In this document: positions 1 to 11,733 of the stretch, piece after piece
Layout of the letters: the number at the start of each line of letters is the position of its first letter
How positions within the stretch are numbered: position 1 is the stretch's first letter
Program-made: the position numbers and the translations under genes
From: Octopus bimaculoides
Lineage: Eukaryota
Assembly (NCBI RefSeq): GCF_001194135.2
Contig: NC_068981.1
Span: 43,456,156-43,499,308 of the forward strand
Direction: 5' to 3'
DNA: 43,153 bases
The notes under the pieces: model-generated
The model's input: the letters and a program-made list of their open reading frames with translations, nothing else
Told to the model about the DNA's origin: nothing
The model's database searches: none

Positions 1-1412
1 ATATATACGTATGTATGTCTGTATGTATATAGTGCTCAGCTTACATGGTACACAGCTTCTATGTTACTCACTTAAGTTTCCCTTTAATACTATTTTTGTT
101 TGGGTCCAAATTTTTTAACCACATATGTACAGAAACATCACTTCATCATTTCCATTTTGGATCTTCATTTTCGTTTCGTTTCTTCACTTCTTCTTTGCTT
201 AAACTACATTCTAAACTAATGCTTAAGTTAGAATTAATATTTTATGTTTTGCTAAATATTTAAAAATAGAGCTTCAATTCTCAAAGAAGTTGATTTCTTT
301 GGAAATGAAAATTATTTTAAATTAACTTCAAAATGAAAAGGTTTGGAATTGCAAAATCAGTATAGAGTTATAAAAGAAAGAGAAAAAGGAAGACAGGAAA
401 ATAAAAGATAAATATAGAGTAAAATGCATAGAAGGAAAGCATATATCATTTAATTAATTAAGACTGAAATGAATAAAGATCAGATGATTAATACTATAGG
501 AATTGGTTAAATGGTAGCACGGGGCTTTAAGTATGGAGAAAGGTTACTGAAGAACTATAATAATATGGAAAATTGGAACATGATCAATAACACTGTATAT
601 ATTATATTATGTTATGTAATGTAAGTTAGCTAAATGAAATTTTAAAAGAAAGTTTTATTAAATTGGTGTGAACAATAAATCAATAACTCACTGAATTTAT
701 TAATGAAACTGGAATTACACCTTAAGAATCCTAATGCCTTCATGCAGCACAAATTACAACTGGCCCCATCCTCTTTATTCAACCAGGAAATATAGTAATT
801 TGTATTTCTATACTTAAGCTCTAAAATAAATTTTGTTAATGTGGTATTACGTATTTTTTTGCTTGTTTTTAAAAAATGAATGCAATTATTCCATTTGGGT
901 TTGAATTTTGTTGCTGTAGGACTAATGTAATAAGTATACCTTTCCATATGTCTAGACAACACATTTCTGCACTAAATTTGCTTGGTGGTATGAATTACTT
1001 AAATGGAACTTCTATAGATCCCAATAGTTACAAACATAATTATGCTTATTAGCAACTAAAGTATATTAATTTTAATTGCAGCCTGGAAGACATAAGTTAT
1101 CTATTCAGAAATATACAAAACTCTTAACTTTCCTTAAATATTTATTTGTAATATGACGTCAAAATTTTGAAAATTTTTCATAATTTTGCAATATACACGA
1201 CTTGTGATGTTTCTTTTGTTGCTTCTTTTGTTTTTGTTGGCATAGGTCAGTTATTCTGATTGGATGCTCATAGCTCAGTTAGCAATGACTTTTGGTATCT
1301 AGCTATCTTTCAAATAACCCTTCTCCCTTCTCTCTCTTTTCAAAGCATAAAGTCTTCATCACAGGACTGAAAGTTCAGTGAGTGGATCTCTGGTGAGAGC
1401 CAGTATGAGTTG

Positions 1413-1519
1413 TAGAGGAATTTTTCTGTAAAAATATGTGACACTTATTTGGTAGCCATGATAAAGTGAATAAGTGTCCATGAATAAGTGTCACATATTT
1501 TTACAGATGAATTCCTCTA
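1413..1519. repeat. Inverted repeat / MITE-like palindrome (37-bp arms, 33-bp spacer)
   Basis: tagaggaatttttctgtaaaaatatgtgacacttatt (1413-1449) is the reverse complement of 1483-1519 with 2 mismatches. Confidence 0.85.
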
Positions 1520-1565
1520 TTTACATAATATCGAGGTCTTTTTCATTCTTTGTTGTCCTTTCTAT

Positions 1566-1600
<35 letters not shown>

Positions 1601-1623
1601 AAAGTGGGTTATACATCATTAGA

Positions 1624-1984
1624 TGTATACCTGACTTTCCTATATAAAATTAAAGAATATAACGGAACGCTGAACTCCAGATTATCAACTTAAACAACAC
1701 TTTATTCAGGTGGTAATTATATACATCTTTAGTTCTTGTTGTTACAGCTTCTGTTGTTGGGACGTTATGTAGGTGTGAGCGAGCTGTCGAGCGTAAGTCC
1801 GAAAGATGTAGAGAGACAGCTTAACACGTAAAGAGGCTGTCTCCAGAGTTCGAATGTTAGAGACACTCTTGACACGTCCATTGCTTTATGCTGGCCAGCA
1901 AGAAAGAGAATGAATTGAGCGGGAACGCTTGGTTGTTTAATTCTACGCATGCGTGAGACTACGCATGCACACGGCGTTACTACA
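1624..1984 (-). mobile_element. Probable solo LTR
   Basis: Bounded by TGTA...TACA, CpG-rich relative to flanks, AATAAA on the minus strand. No TSD or partner LTR seen. Confidence 0.5.
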
Positions 1985-1989
1985 CACAT

Positions 1990-2038
<49 letters not shown>

Positions 2039-2064
2039 GTATGTGTGTATCTGTATATATGTAT

Positions 2065-2125
<61 letters not shown>
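1985..2125. repeat. Compound (CA)n/(TA)n microsatellite
   Basis: Direct reading. Confidence 0.95.
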
Positions 2126-2127
<2 letters not shown>

Positions 2128-2195
2128 ACAGTGGTACCCCAGCATTGTTTGAGGCTGAAACAATTTAAAGATTAAAGATTTAAGATTATGTATAT

Positions 2196-2565
2196 ATCAT
2201 TATCATCACCATTTAGCGTCTGTTTTCCATGCTGCCATGGGTTGGTCAGTTTGTCAAGAGCTGACCAACTGAAGAGCTGTTCAGACACCATGACTGTTGT
2301 GGCATGGTTTCTACAGCTGGATGCTCTTCCTAATACTGACCACTTTACAGAGCGTATTGGGTGCTTTTACACAGCACTGGCATGGGTTTTTTTATGTGGC
2401 ACCAGCACCAGTGAGCCCACAAGATTAGGGATGCTCAGCTGGAAAGGGTTGCAAGGGGTAAGCCTGCATGCAAGGGCAACCATGCTTTCACTTAGTTTGA
2501 CATATATCTTTTCAAGCACATCAAACCACCAGGAATCTCAGGCCCCTGTCATCTCGACTGGGAGT
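2196..2565 (-). mobile_element. RTE-type LINE 3' end, diverged
   Basis: Shares ...ctacagctggatg...ttcctaa... and catcat/ttaacgtc tail with the copies at 8717, 21775 and 29101. Confidence 0.7.
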
Positions 2566-2974
2566 CATATATTTATCACAGATAAGTAGATAAATATATA
2601 AATAAATAAGTTGATAAATAAATATATAAAGAAGGATAAACTGAGAGAATGTGGAAAGAGGAATTGAAAGGAATTTAAAATAAAAAATAAAATAAGATGG
2701 ATTTAAAGAGGATTACATGTATGAAAACAGTGGGTATTGCCCCATTCAAATTTATGGTTAAGTCTGGGTTTTTACTCTTGTGTAGAGACAGTCACAGTGA
2801 CTTGTCTCAACATTTCAATTTTTAATTTTTAATTGCAATTTCAAATTTATGTATTTTTTCCACATTTTAATTTTGGAATTTTTCAATACCTTATTGATTT
2901 TAATTCTTTATTACCAACTTTTAATTTCAATGCTAACTTTTAATGCTAATATTCAATCTTTAAAAGATATTTTT

Positions 2975-3057
2975 GCAATGTGCCACCCAGTGGAACTGAA
3001 CCTGGATCTAAGTGGCTGAGAAGCAAACTTTTTAACCACACAGCCATAACTGTACCT
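2975..3057 (-). mobile_element. tRNA-derived SINE head, diverged (octopus OK-like family)
   Basis: Reverse complement resembles the SINE head at 17350 (ggctgtgtgg...ggttcagt). Confidence 0.65.
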
Positions 3058-3094
3058 CACACACGCACACACACATACATACACACACACAGAG

Positions 3095-3330
3095 TGTTGC
3101 AGTTATTTAGTCCCAGGAAACATTGTCTCCAGCTGGTTATATGATACCCTATCTGTATCCTTATATTTAGAACAGGGGAGTCTAGCATCCCCACTCAGTA
3201 CAAAACAATATCTGTGGACCACGTGCTGAGTGGGGATGCTAGGCTCCCCTGTTCTAAAATATAAGGACACAGATAGTATGTCATGCAGCCAGTGGGAGAC
3301 GATGTTTCCTGGGGCTAAATAGCAGTCACA
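3095..3330. mobile_element. Fold-back MITE-like element (about 107-bp arms, 21-bp spacer)
   Basis: 3095-3201 and 3223-3330 are reverse complements, e.g. tagcatccccactcag / ctgagtggggatgcta and ccaggaaacattgtctcc / ggagacgatgtttcctgg. Confidence 0.85.
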
Positions 3331-3439
3331 TTTGTCCCAATCAGGATTGCCACATTATGTTGGCAAATAATCTTTACTTTAGTGTACTGTTACTGAATGT
3401 CTCTCGTTGAGAGATTTAGAAATAATAATGTTTCTATTT

Positions 3440-4140
3440 CATCATCATCATCATCATCATTTAATGTCCATTTTCCATGCTGGCATGAGTTGGACGGTTC
3501 GACTGTGGACTATCAAGCCAGTCTTATCTGGCAATGTTTCTACAGCTGGATGCACGTCCTGATGCCAACCACTCCAAGAGTGTAGTGGGTACTTCTTATG
3601 TGCCAGGGCACAGGAGCCAGTCAGGCAGCACTGGCATCGGCCACGTTCGGATGGTGCTTTTTATGTGCCACTGGCATGTGGAGCCAGTCAGGCAGCACTG
3701 GCAATGACCCATGCATGAATGGTGCTTATTGCGTGCCACCAGCATGAGAGCCACAACTACAATTTCCATTTGATTGTGATTTGATTTTTGATTTTGATCT
3801 CACTTTACTCACCAGGTCTTCTCAATCACAGCATATCTCCAGAGATCTTGGTCTTTTGTCATTGCCTCTGTGAGGCCCAATGTTCAAAGGTCATGTTTCA
3901 TCACCTCATCCCATGTCTTCCAGGGTCTCCCTCTTCCACGGGTTCCTTCCGCTCTTAGGGAGTGACACTTCTTCACATAGCTCTCCTCATCCATATCCAG
4001 CACATGACCATACCAGCGCAGTAGTCTCTCTTGCACATCACATCTGATTCATCCTAAGTCCAATATTTCTCTCAGGGCACTTGCACTCTGTCGTGTGAGC
4101 ACACTGACATTACACATCCAGTGGATCATACTAGCTTCAT
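3440..4140 (-). mobile_element. RTE-type LINE 3' end (ORF C-terminus, 3' UTR with tandem sub-repeats, (GAT)n tail)
   Basis: Minus strand encodes a decayed RLRWYGHV...GRGRP.KTW-type ORF end, followed by the family tail. Confidence 0.8.
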
Positions 4141-4151
4141 TTATATATATA

Positions 4152-4161
4152 NNNNNNNNNN
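4152..4161. other. Assembly gap inside TA/TG microsatellite
   Basis: 10 N. Confidence 0.99.
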
Positions 4162-5639
4162 CACATATGTGTGTGTGTGTGTGTAATTTTTCTTCCAGCT
4201 TTAATGGCATGATTCATACCAAAGTCAATTTTATAGTTTCCTTTTCTAATGCAATTCACTCCAGCATGGTTGAACAAACGAGAAACTAATGACACCACTG
4301 CTGCTGCTGATGATGATGATGATGGCTGCATTGATGATGAGGCTAAGGGGCATAGGGTGGATAATACTATTAATGTAAACAAAGATGATGAAAATGAAGA
4401 AGAGGGAGAAACATTCATTATCACAATAATAATGATATGAGTTAGGAAGTAGGCCCTATGTGACATTTGCATTGAGATTAATGGATAGATATGTACACAT
4501 TTATATATTTTAGAGTCAGACTTGGTTAAGTTTGATGGCCCTATTGTATATTATTCATTGATATTCTTATTTCCTGAATGCTTAGATGGATAAGATAAAA
4601 TAGATAAGAAGCAATTTTTTTGCTTTATTTTTATAATTTAAAAAATATACTTCTTGCTTTGTTCCAGTAAAAGCAAAGGTTATATTCCAACATTCTATGG
4701 ATTGGCTTGATGGGCTTATTGTATATTACTCACTGTTACTCTTGTTAATTATTTCACATGTTGTTGGGTAAAATAAATATATAATGTACATACTTCCTTT
4801 TTTTAATCATATTTATAATTTCTAAATGATATATTTTTGTTGGCCATTCATTCCACTAAAAGCAAAGTTATGTTCTTCATAAAATCTAGAAATATATCCT
4901 CTACTTTCCCCCAACCCAAATGACAGCATGATAGGGACAAAATCAGGAACATATGACTTGCAACGCTAAGAATATCAGATCCTACACTCATCACAAGGAA
5001 AGAACTCATGGAATTATCCTATATTTGTATAACATGTGGAAATGTTTCAATAGAGTGGGCAATTTTGAACTCCTTACTTTCTGAAAGAAGTTCAATATCT
5101 AAAGCAGAATTTTTATATAGGAATATAGTTCTGCTGGTTTAAATGTATCTGAAACTTATGTTTTTAACTAATTACAAATTTTAGAAACATCTATTTGTAT
5201 TACTTTATTGTAATAACTTGTTTAAAGTAATTAAAATTGTGTTTAACGCATAATGATCGAAAGAAAATTTTAAAAAGAAAAAACTTTATAACCTTGCATG
5301 CTTAATTCATATCATTGCTTTTCTTTTAAAGTTTGTTATAGTTTCTCTGTATAATTATATTTTATATAATAATAGTTTCAGCTGTAGAAATTTGTTTTCT
5401 GAAAAAGGCTTTAATACATTTTTTATATTATTTAAAAAAAAAATCTTACGTTTATACTTTCTATGGAATTTAGATTTGTCAGGCTCCAATCCAGTACCAC
5501 CGAGACATATATCATAGCTATTATGAATATAGGCTGATAGTACTTATTAGTGTTCTTGTCCTAGGAATGAGATGTTAATAGTTTTTTTACCCCGTAAAAA
5601 ATTCCTTTTGCATTCTTGTTTGGACACCTTTGGACCTGG

Positions 5640-6950
5640 TTTCACCCAAATCTATGCCCAAATATCTATAACACATACAAACCAATGACACTGTAGACAG
5701 GAGTATTGTCAGTTCTGCACTTCATACAATTGGTCCTTAATGCTTGTTCCTGAGCTGTGCATATGAGTGCTTCTGTCTCTTTGTTCAGATCCCTCATCCA
5801 TAGCCACCGGTCCTCTGTATCTGTCTTGGTGTTCACATCTCTTGCAAACTGATAGTACATTTTTCTTCCTCCTATGCATTTTCTTGCTTTTTTTTTGTTC
5901 ATGTCTTGTTTAAATTTTTCTTTAGTTACACAATTTCCAGTTTTGATGATGCTGGCATTCTTCATACGTTTCAACAGCTTTGATACAGTCCTGGCAACTG
6001 ATCAAACCCCTCCCATCCTTTCTTCTGAACAAGTACAGCCTATTGGTGTTACTCTTACGGTGGATGGCTCCATGTACTGTCAGCATTTTTCTGGTCTTGG
6101 TATCCATCTTCTTCATTTCTCTCTTTTGCCATTTTATATTCCTTCTCCATACCGAAGTGATGCTATCACCCACATATTAATTGCTTGGATTTCATTCCAA
6201 CCAGTCAATTTTGAGTGCAACACCAACCTCAGTCTTCAGAAATGCTCCATCCTCAGTTACTCTTTCATTTCTTTTTCCATTATCTTGTTGCACTCTAATA
6301 CACCAAGGTATTTGTATCCTTCCATTTCAATTTGCTTAATCAAGTCTCTATTCAGTAATTCTATCCCTGCTAAGGACTGTATCTTGCCTCTTTTAGGTAG
6401 ATTAATCCGCACCTCTTGAGCCCAAATTCCATTCTAATATCAGTACTAAAACAGTGGACCCTGTTCATCAAAGAATTCACTAGTGTCTTATCTTTGTCAT
6501 TCAGTTTCAAATCATCCAGGAAGAGGAGGTCGTTGATTGTTTGGGATTTTCCCATTAGTTGGTACCCTGGGTTCATTTTCTTGAGTACCAAGGTCAGGGG
6601 TATCATGCAGAGAATGAAAAGCAACAGAGATAGGCTGTCACTTTGGAAAATCCGTCTTCTGATACCCAGGGTGCCCAAGCTTGTTCTGTAAGATGTCAGT
6701 TCAGTTTTCCATCCCACCATACTTCTCTTCAAGATACATATTACATTCTTCACAATTCCAAACAGATCTAAGCACTTGATGATCCACGAATGTAGAATCA
6801 TATCATAAGATTTGGGATAGTTAATCCAGGCCATTCCCAGATTTGTTCTCTTTCTTTTAATTTGTCTATCAGTAGTTGACCTTTGGTACCTCTGCATCTC
6901 CTTTACCTCTGCATTTACACTGCTATCTTCATTTATTTTGCTTCGCATTT
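5640..6950 (-). mobile_element. R4/Dong-type non-LTR retrotransposon RT fragment (pseudogenised)
   Basis: ORFs 6370-6954, 5922-6173 and 5666-5974: AWINY.KSYDM, IFQSDSLSLLLF, DLLFLDDLKL, LYL.RKDGRGL, AQEQALRTN. Confidence 0.9.
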
Positions 6951-6959
6951 TCACTTACT

Positions 6960-7510
6960 AATGAGGGGTGTTTTTAGGTCACTACCAACTGGTATTTTTA
7001 TTGGGACACCATCTCTATCAAGGTTGTCCACTAAAGTGGCAGGGTCCTTGTTCCCCTAGTTTTGGACTCAGAGTGTTCCTTCTTCTAGGCTGCTTGCCAC
7101 CCAAGACTAACAAATACTGCCTACCTAGAGAACTGGTTATTTGAAGGCACCAAGTACTTGCCTTTTCTCACACTTCTGTTGGTTTGGTGAAGAAGTCAAC
7201 CAAGGCTCTTGCTACCCATAGGTTGGGCCTGTTCCCTTCGCATTTATGTGTGTTGAGGACCATGATCCTCATTCTCACTAGGAGAGAGGTGAGCATCAGT
7301 TGGTCCCGTATCTTTATCCAAATATTTCTCCAGAGTTAAGTCTCGATTCGTGGTTCATTCGCCTTCATTCTAAGCATGGAGCCATTGGACGCTGACAAGT
7401 TGTCACCACTGTAACTAAGGAGTCCTATCTACCCCAGCTTTTAAATTAGAGTGTTCCTTCTCCTAGACAGACTGCCAACCAAGGCTCACAAGTCCTGCCT
7501 GGCCATTTTG
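6960..7510 (-). mobile_element. Unclassified non-LTR 5' UTR-like segment with a repeated 44-nt motif
   Basis: GC-richer than flanks; motif agagtgttccttctYctag...tgcca.ccaag at 7070 and 7448. The 5' UTR assignment is from recalled similarity only. Confidence 0.4.
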
Positions 7511-7524
7511 GGAATTATTATTAT

Positions 7525-7701
7525 TATTATTATTACTTGCTGAGTTCAGATATCTTATAAAACTATCCAAGAAAGTTTTAATTATTATCAAACATTACTG
7601 ACTGAAAATTAGTCCTTTTGGATTATGTAATAAGCAGGGAAGATTTGGAACATATACACTGGTATCTGAGTTTGGCATAATCTATATCTTACACTTCATT
7701 T
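7525..7701. repeat. 177-bp direct repeat, copy 1
   Basis: Ungapped match to 11557-11733 with 3 substitutions. Confidence 0.95.
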
Positions 7702-8344
7702 AAATTTTTTGCCTGAGTTTAGCTGTTTTTACAATCACATATTTCAAAGTGACTTCCTCTGCTAGACAAATGGGTAAGAGTTGAGAAAAAGTAAGGGAGA
7801 ACATCTGAAAGAATAATGTAGTTTAATTCTGGATGACATGAAAACAATTTCAGAAATATATAAATAAAAAAAAAACGACAATAAAACAAACACATACGCT
7901 CTCAAGTATAGACAATTACAATTTAATATAAGAAAATGTAAATTTTCCACAACATTAAAAGTAGCAACAAAAGTGATAACATACACTCACAGGCATTTAA
8001 AATGAAGAGACTAATGAAAAAGACAGCCATTTTAACTTTAATCACGTTTATTATAACAGGAAAACTTTGAACCAAGAAAAAAATGACTTCATACACACAT
8101 AAACACACACACATACACACATGGATGGCAAGATAATAAAAAATAGTTTAAAATGAAATAGAATTTAAACAATCTTGGAGTGGATTAAAATTAATAATTC
8201 ATGATAACTGCCAGATAGAAATGTTCAAGAGAAATATTTAACCAGGAAGATGTGTAAGATGGCAGAACTTCGACATAATTTTGGATAAATATCTGCAAGC
8301 TTAAAATATTTTGAGCAGGTGTTGAAGTAGACTTTAGACTAAAT

Positions 8345-8374
8345 TCATACATATATGCATACATACACTTATGC

Positions 8375-8427
<53 letters not shown>

Positions 8428-8454
8428 ATCATACATACATACATACGTATGTAC

Positions 8455-8488
<34 letters not shown>

Positions 8489-8715
8489 TTACATATATAT
8501 ATATATATATACATACATACATATATATATATATATACACATACATATATATGTATGTATATATATATACATACACGTACATATATATACATATAAGAGC
8601 ATGTGTATGTGCTTATATATGTGGGTGTGTATGTGTGTGTGTGTACAACTATAATATAAATATTTATATTCATATATCTACATACACATATATATATTCA
8701 TTTATGTATACATAG
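8345..8715. repeat. (TACA)n/(TA)n/(TG)n microsatellite block
   Basis: Direct reading; explains ORFs at 8191-8715. Confidence 0.95.
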
Positions 8716-8716
8716 A

Positions 8717-8876
8717 CTCTGAGTGGTTGGCGTTAGGAAGGGCATCCAGCTGTAGAAACTCTGCCAAATTTAGATTGGAACCTGGTGTTGCCATCCGGTT
8801 TCACCAGTCCTCAGTCAAATCGTCCAACCCATGCTAGCATGGAAAGCAGACGTTAAACGATGATGATGATGATGAT
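8717..8876 (+). mobile_element. RTE-family 3' tail, young copy
   Basis: Nearly identical to 29101-29262; ends ttaaacg(atg)n. Confidence 0.85.
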
Positions 8877-9879
8877 AGACATATATTTATTTATATGTAC
8901 ATACATAGACATAAAGGCGGATGATTTATCAACTTGAGGTGAAAGATGCTGATGATATGTCTACATATATGTGTGTGTGTCTGTATATATACATATATTG
9001 ATATGTATATATATATATGTGTGTGTATATAATATATATATATATATCAGTAATTATGAAAAGCACAAGATATATCTATGTATATGCATATATACTTTAC
9101 ACACACACACACATGCACATGCACGTGCACAAACACACACACATGAGCAGACCTTTGAGCAAGAAACAGAATACTTCAATCTTTATTTTGGCTAAAGTGA
9201 TTTTCAAACTAATTCATTTATCATTAAGCCTGAAATGATCCGTTGCGATAATAAATTTTGAATACCACTAGAAAATTACACTTAATGACCCTATTGTTGA
9301 TCTTTAGATCTGGCTTTGTTGCAATCAAGCTGAAACTTTCCTGATTAAGAGTCCCTGGTTTATGTTTAGCAAATTAATGAGAAATGTATAACTTCCGAAG
9401 ACATCAAGAAATGATGAAGATATTAAGGATAAAGTCAAACTAAGTTTCTTATTATCCAATCAAGTAATATCTCCAAGAATTTTAGAGAGGCTAAATTTTA
9501 GTTACATCAGTCATGGAATTGACTAGAGGCTTAGTAAAAATTTTCATTTCAAATTATGTCAGATCTGAATATCTGGAAAAGTACCAACAATGAGACTGAG
9601 ACATGTTTTCTACTTTACCTGGTTTTCAGCATCACTTGTAAGTACTCTGATATGTAAGTTATCGATCACAGTTTATAAAATGGCAAAGTTTAAATTTGTT
9701 AGTGTTTAGTGATATAATATCACAAAGTGATTTTACACCAACAGACATGCACACATGCACCATAAAGAAGCATTTATTAGTCTCCTAAGATCATGTATTT
9801 GAAAGGTCAAGATTCAGTTTTGTTTTGACTGCAGTGTCTCACAAATGACAGATAGAACCATCTGCAATAACTGTATTGG

Positions 9880-10765
9880 CAGAACTTGTCTGCTACTCTT
9901 GCTCTAGAGCTCTTTTTTGTTGAGCTTTCTTTTCCTTATCATTATCGGCCTCTACTCTCTTATCTTAAAACCCCTTTGTTAATTGTAGCTTCCAGTGGAA
10001 GTGATCACCAGCCATGCTTTGCCAACTTTCAACATTCATGTAAAGAACATTATATCTCTCTTGCAAACATCTTTGAAACAGAATGGGATACTCATGTGTT
10101 CTCATACTGGAGGGCAACTCCTCGTACAAAAGGTCATTTGGGATACTACCATTGAGATACAGAGTACATGGTCCAGCCAGCAGGGACATCCTTATTGGAG
10201 TAAAATAAAGAACTCAGATCCTTTTTGCAAATCAAGTTCTCACTTTTGGTGTCTTGGTGAATAGTCCACCTGATATGCAGGATCAGTTTCAGGCTGCAAA
10301 AGTGTGCCACATTAGGAAAAGTATTCACGTGGCATTTGATCTGCATTTTCTATTAGAGAAAATCAAAATAGCTGTGTGTTTGCTGATACTACAACCAGAA
10401 GCTAGGAGAAATGTCATTACTTTTCATGTATGTATCTTGGGTGCAGCTGACATCACTATGACAACTTTAGATTCTATTTTGGATTAGCAATCAGCCTTCA
10501 CTTATGACATTACCAGACCAGGGATTTCTGGATATTTTCTGTAGCCTTTGATCTGGGAGACTTTAGGAACAGGATGTTCCATTGATCTTCTTTGATGATC
10601 AGAACATTCCTGTTACTTTCCTTGCTGTGTCACTATATAGCATGCAAGAGTTATTGTACTACAGGCCACATTACTAGAATGGTATGGAACTGTAAAAGCC
10701 TGACAAAAATCTCGATGGCACATATAAAAACAACTCACATAGCACATAATTTACACAACAGCCAA
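9880..10765 (-). mobile_element. RTE (BovB-like) LINE RT and C-terminal fragment, decayed
   Basis: ORF 9965-10189 IPNDLLYEELPSSMRTHEYP...MNVESWQSMAGD..HW matches RTE IPKDLLYGEL...GRP; also LILHIRW at 10146-10346. Confidence 0.75.
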
Positions 10766-10857
10766 ATGAAGCACTTAACATTTTATGTGATTTGGCATGA
10801 AGTTTCTTCAGATTATTGACTGCTGGGTTGATGTTAAAGATGTATGCTACAACTGGT

Positions 10858-11002
10858 CAGGGCCAGCCCTAGGGTTGCTGGCACCCCAGGCAAGCTGATG
10901 GTCATGGAAATTTCCTTGTCTATGTCACACCCTCCATAGCATCCCCTAGCACGTGGTGCCCCAAGCGATTGCCTGAGTTGCTGGTACCTTGAGCTGATCC
11001 TG
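10858..11002. mobile_element. hAT-type MITE nested in Dong RT
   Basis: Ends CAGGGCCAGCCCTAGG / (rc) CAGGATCAGCTCAAGG; flanking 8-mers caactggt and caaatgct (6/8) fit a decayed 8-bp TSD. Confidence 0.75.
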
Positions 11003-11556
11003 CAAATGCTACTGTCGGTGAGTGTGTTGATGCCTTCAGACTTGTATGTAGCATTCAGTTCAGATCCAATCACTGTTCTGACTCTGTTAATATTCTTTTC
11101 TAAATATTTCCTTCATTAAGCTGGGTTGTATTCCATCGCATTCATTGACAACAAAGTATTTAGAAGTACCTTTGTGTTCTAATTCCTTTATGAGTGTCGA
11201 CATCAAGTTCTATGTTGCTGGTGTTGGTCAGTTTCTCATGTTTGAAGGTAGCTTTTGCACATTTATCTTGGCCAAATTCTATACCAGTGTCAACACTATA
11301 GGTTTTTATTTTCTCAAAGAATCCAGATGGTGGCTGTCACTTTTAGTAAAGGTCCTGTGATCATTTGTATAAAATAAGAGATTCAGTTTCCCTTCACTGC
11401 TTAGTAAACATAACCAATTTTGTTGAGAAGAGTTCCAAGAGGGGCAACAGCAATGCAAAATAATAAAAGTGATAGTAAGTCCCCTTCGAATATCTCACAT
11501 TTAATATTTGTAAGTCATATTGTCAATGTGCCTTTTTCATGGCTCTAATGGAGTAA

Positions 11557-11733
11557 TATTATTATTACTTGCTGAGTTCAGATATCTTATAAAACTATCC
11601 AAGAAAGTTTTAATTATTATCAAACATTATTGACTGAAAATTAGTCCTTTTGGATTATGTAATAAGCAGGGAAAATTTGGAACATATACACTGGTATCTG
11701 AGTTTGACATAATCTATATCTTACACTTCATTT
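11557..11733. repeat. 177-bp direct repeat, copy 2, interrupting Dong RT
   Basis: RT homology resumes on both sides (KICPTITNFIKT..NS | HEKGTL...KCEIFEGD). Confidence 0.95.

Noticed and set aside
642-962. 106-aa minus-strand ORF as a host exon
   Set aside because: No recognisable domain and no convincing splice pair.
2785-2808. Hairpin gagacagtcacagtgacttgtctc as a Helitron 3' end
   Set aside because: No CTRR terminus at the expected distance on either strand.
5874-6691. Plus-strand hydrophobic ORFs (181 aa, 91 aa)
   Set aside because: Antisense shadows of the Dong RT; likewise 12815-13147, 15009-15389 and 39813-40283.
8191-9238. ORFs rich in Y/I/C/V/H/T
   Set aside because: Translations of (TA)n, (TACA)n and (CA)n microsatellites; the same applies to 1765-2082, 13604-14085, 21485-21847, 29893-30514 and 40370-40711.
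7525-11733. The two 177-bp repeats as LTRs of a 4.2-kb element
   Set aside because: No TG...CA ends, PBS or PPT, and the Dong RT runs collinearly across copy 2.
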